DNA of 64,000 nucleotides from Marispirochaeta sp. (lineage in GTDB: Bacteria > Spirochaetota > Spirochaetia > JC444 > Marispirochaetaceae), in contig CAXXFF010000003.1 of NCBI GenBank assembly GCA_963676835.2, positions 895,746 through 959,745 of the forward strand, given 5' to 3'. Each line of letters opens with the position of its first letter. The first letter of the stretch is position 1. The position numbers and the translations under genes were made by a program. Below, one piece after another: positions 62,247-64,000 of the stretch. Under the pieces are notes generated by a model. It had not been told where the DNA came from, made no database searches, and worked only from the letters and a program-made list of their open reading frames with translations.

Positions 62247-62389
62247 TAAAAAGTGGAGGTAAAGGGATTCGCCTTCCGCACTCAGTCGTCCTGACTTCGT
62301 GCTGCAGGCCGCCTCGCTCACTGGCGAGTCACATCCCTGTGCCTCTCCCGGCCCTTATCGGGCCGCGTTCGCTTCGGTTCGAACCCCTT
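62247..62389 (-). repeat. Duplicated tRNA-Ala 3' end with a ~106-nt structured insert in the T-loop
   Basis: 25-bp exact repeat TAAAAAGTGGAGGTAAAGGGATTCG at 62247-62271 and 62413-62437; TTCGAACCCCTT resumes at 62378. Confidence 0.82.
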
Positions 62390-62419
62390 AAGGCTCTTAC
62401 CGTAACGTTTTATAAAAAG

Positions 62420-62493
62420 TGGAGGTAAAGGGATTCGAACCCTTGACCCCTAGAATGCAAATCTAGTGCTCTAGCCAACTGAGCTATACCCCC
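62420..62493 (-). tRNA. tRNA-Ala (TGC)
   Basis: GGGGGTATAGCTCAGTTGGCTAGAGCACTAGATTTGCATTCTAGGGGTCAAGGGTTCGAATCCCTTTACCTCCA; G3:U70 pair; CCA not encoded. Confidence 0.97.
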
Positions 62494-62736
62494 AGGCTTG
62501 TTCGGCCTTTTTAAAGGTTATTAGCCTTATCAGGTTGGCCGGTTCCCACTCTATAAATCATATTTAAAAGATAAGGGCGAAGATTTCCGCTTATTAAAAA
62601 GCAAGTTTACCTTGTATGTTCCATACTTATCCCGTCTGTATCCCATTTACAAAAGCTTTGTCAGACTTGCGTCTTAAAAAGCATCCGCTCAGCTTTAATG
62701 CTGATTGAGAACTATTCGTTCCAGTTCCCTTCTCGT

Positions 62737-64000
<1,264 letters not shown>

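Overview
A 64-kb chromosomal window from a free-living spirochaete. The Spirochaetaceae assignment is inferred from the gltX-glyQS-tyrS / HK-GYP synteny, an ODP plus soluble chemoreceptor pair, and the rRNA. The left part holds a partial FGE/CLec-fold lipoprotein, an AAA+ (AAA_14/DUF4143-like) gene bracketed by tyrS and a diverged copy of the tyrS 3' end, three aminoacyl-tRNA synthetases, alaA, a PdeB-like phosphodiesterase and several hypothetical genes. The middle holds a radical-SAM SPL-like gene, a Cache histidine kinase with a receiver, two tandem NIT-domain chemoreceptors, a LolA/LolCDE-like envelope transport operon with a triple operator, PfkB, livKHMGF, and ODP with a soluble MCP. A sugar locus follows (ChvE/GguAB-type ABC transporter, RpiR, dehydrogenase, FGGY kinase, aldolase) behind a sigma54 promoter and an SBP-HK-NtrC three-component regulator. 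The right end holds a cluster of structured non-coding elements, a complete IS66 without a target-site duplication, and a minus-strand rRNA operon (partial 16S, tRNA-Ala, 23S, 5S). The most unusual signals are non-coding: (1) a ~100-nt intervening sequence in 23S helix 25 whose 12-bp stem (GCACCTAAATCC/GGATTTAGGTGC) recurs in an intergenic Flavo-1-like structured element 5.6 kb away; (2) a duplicated tRNA-Ala 3' end with a structured insert in its T-loop; (3) a covarying 78-nt tandem repeat abutting IS66; (4) the tyrS 3'-end replacement islet. All calls were made by eye and no searches were run.
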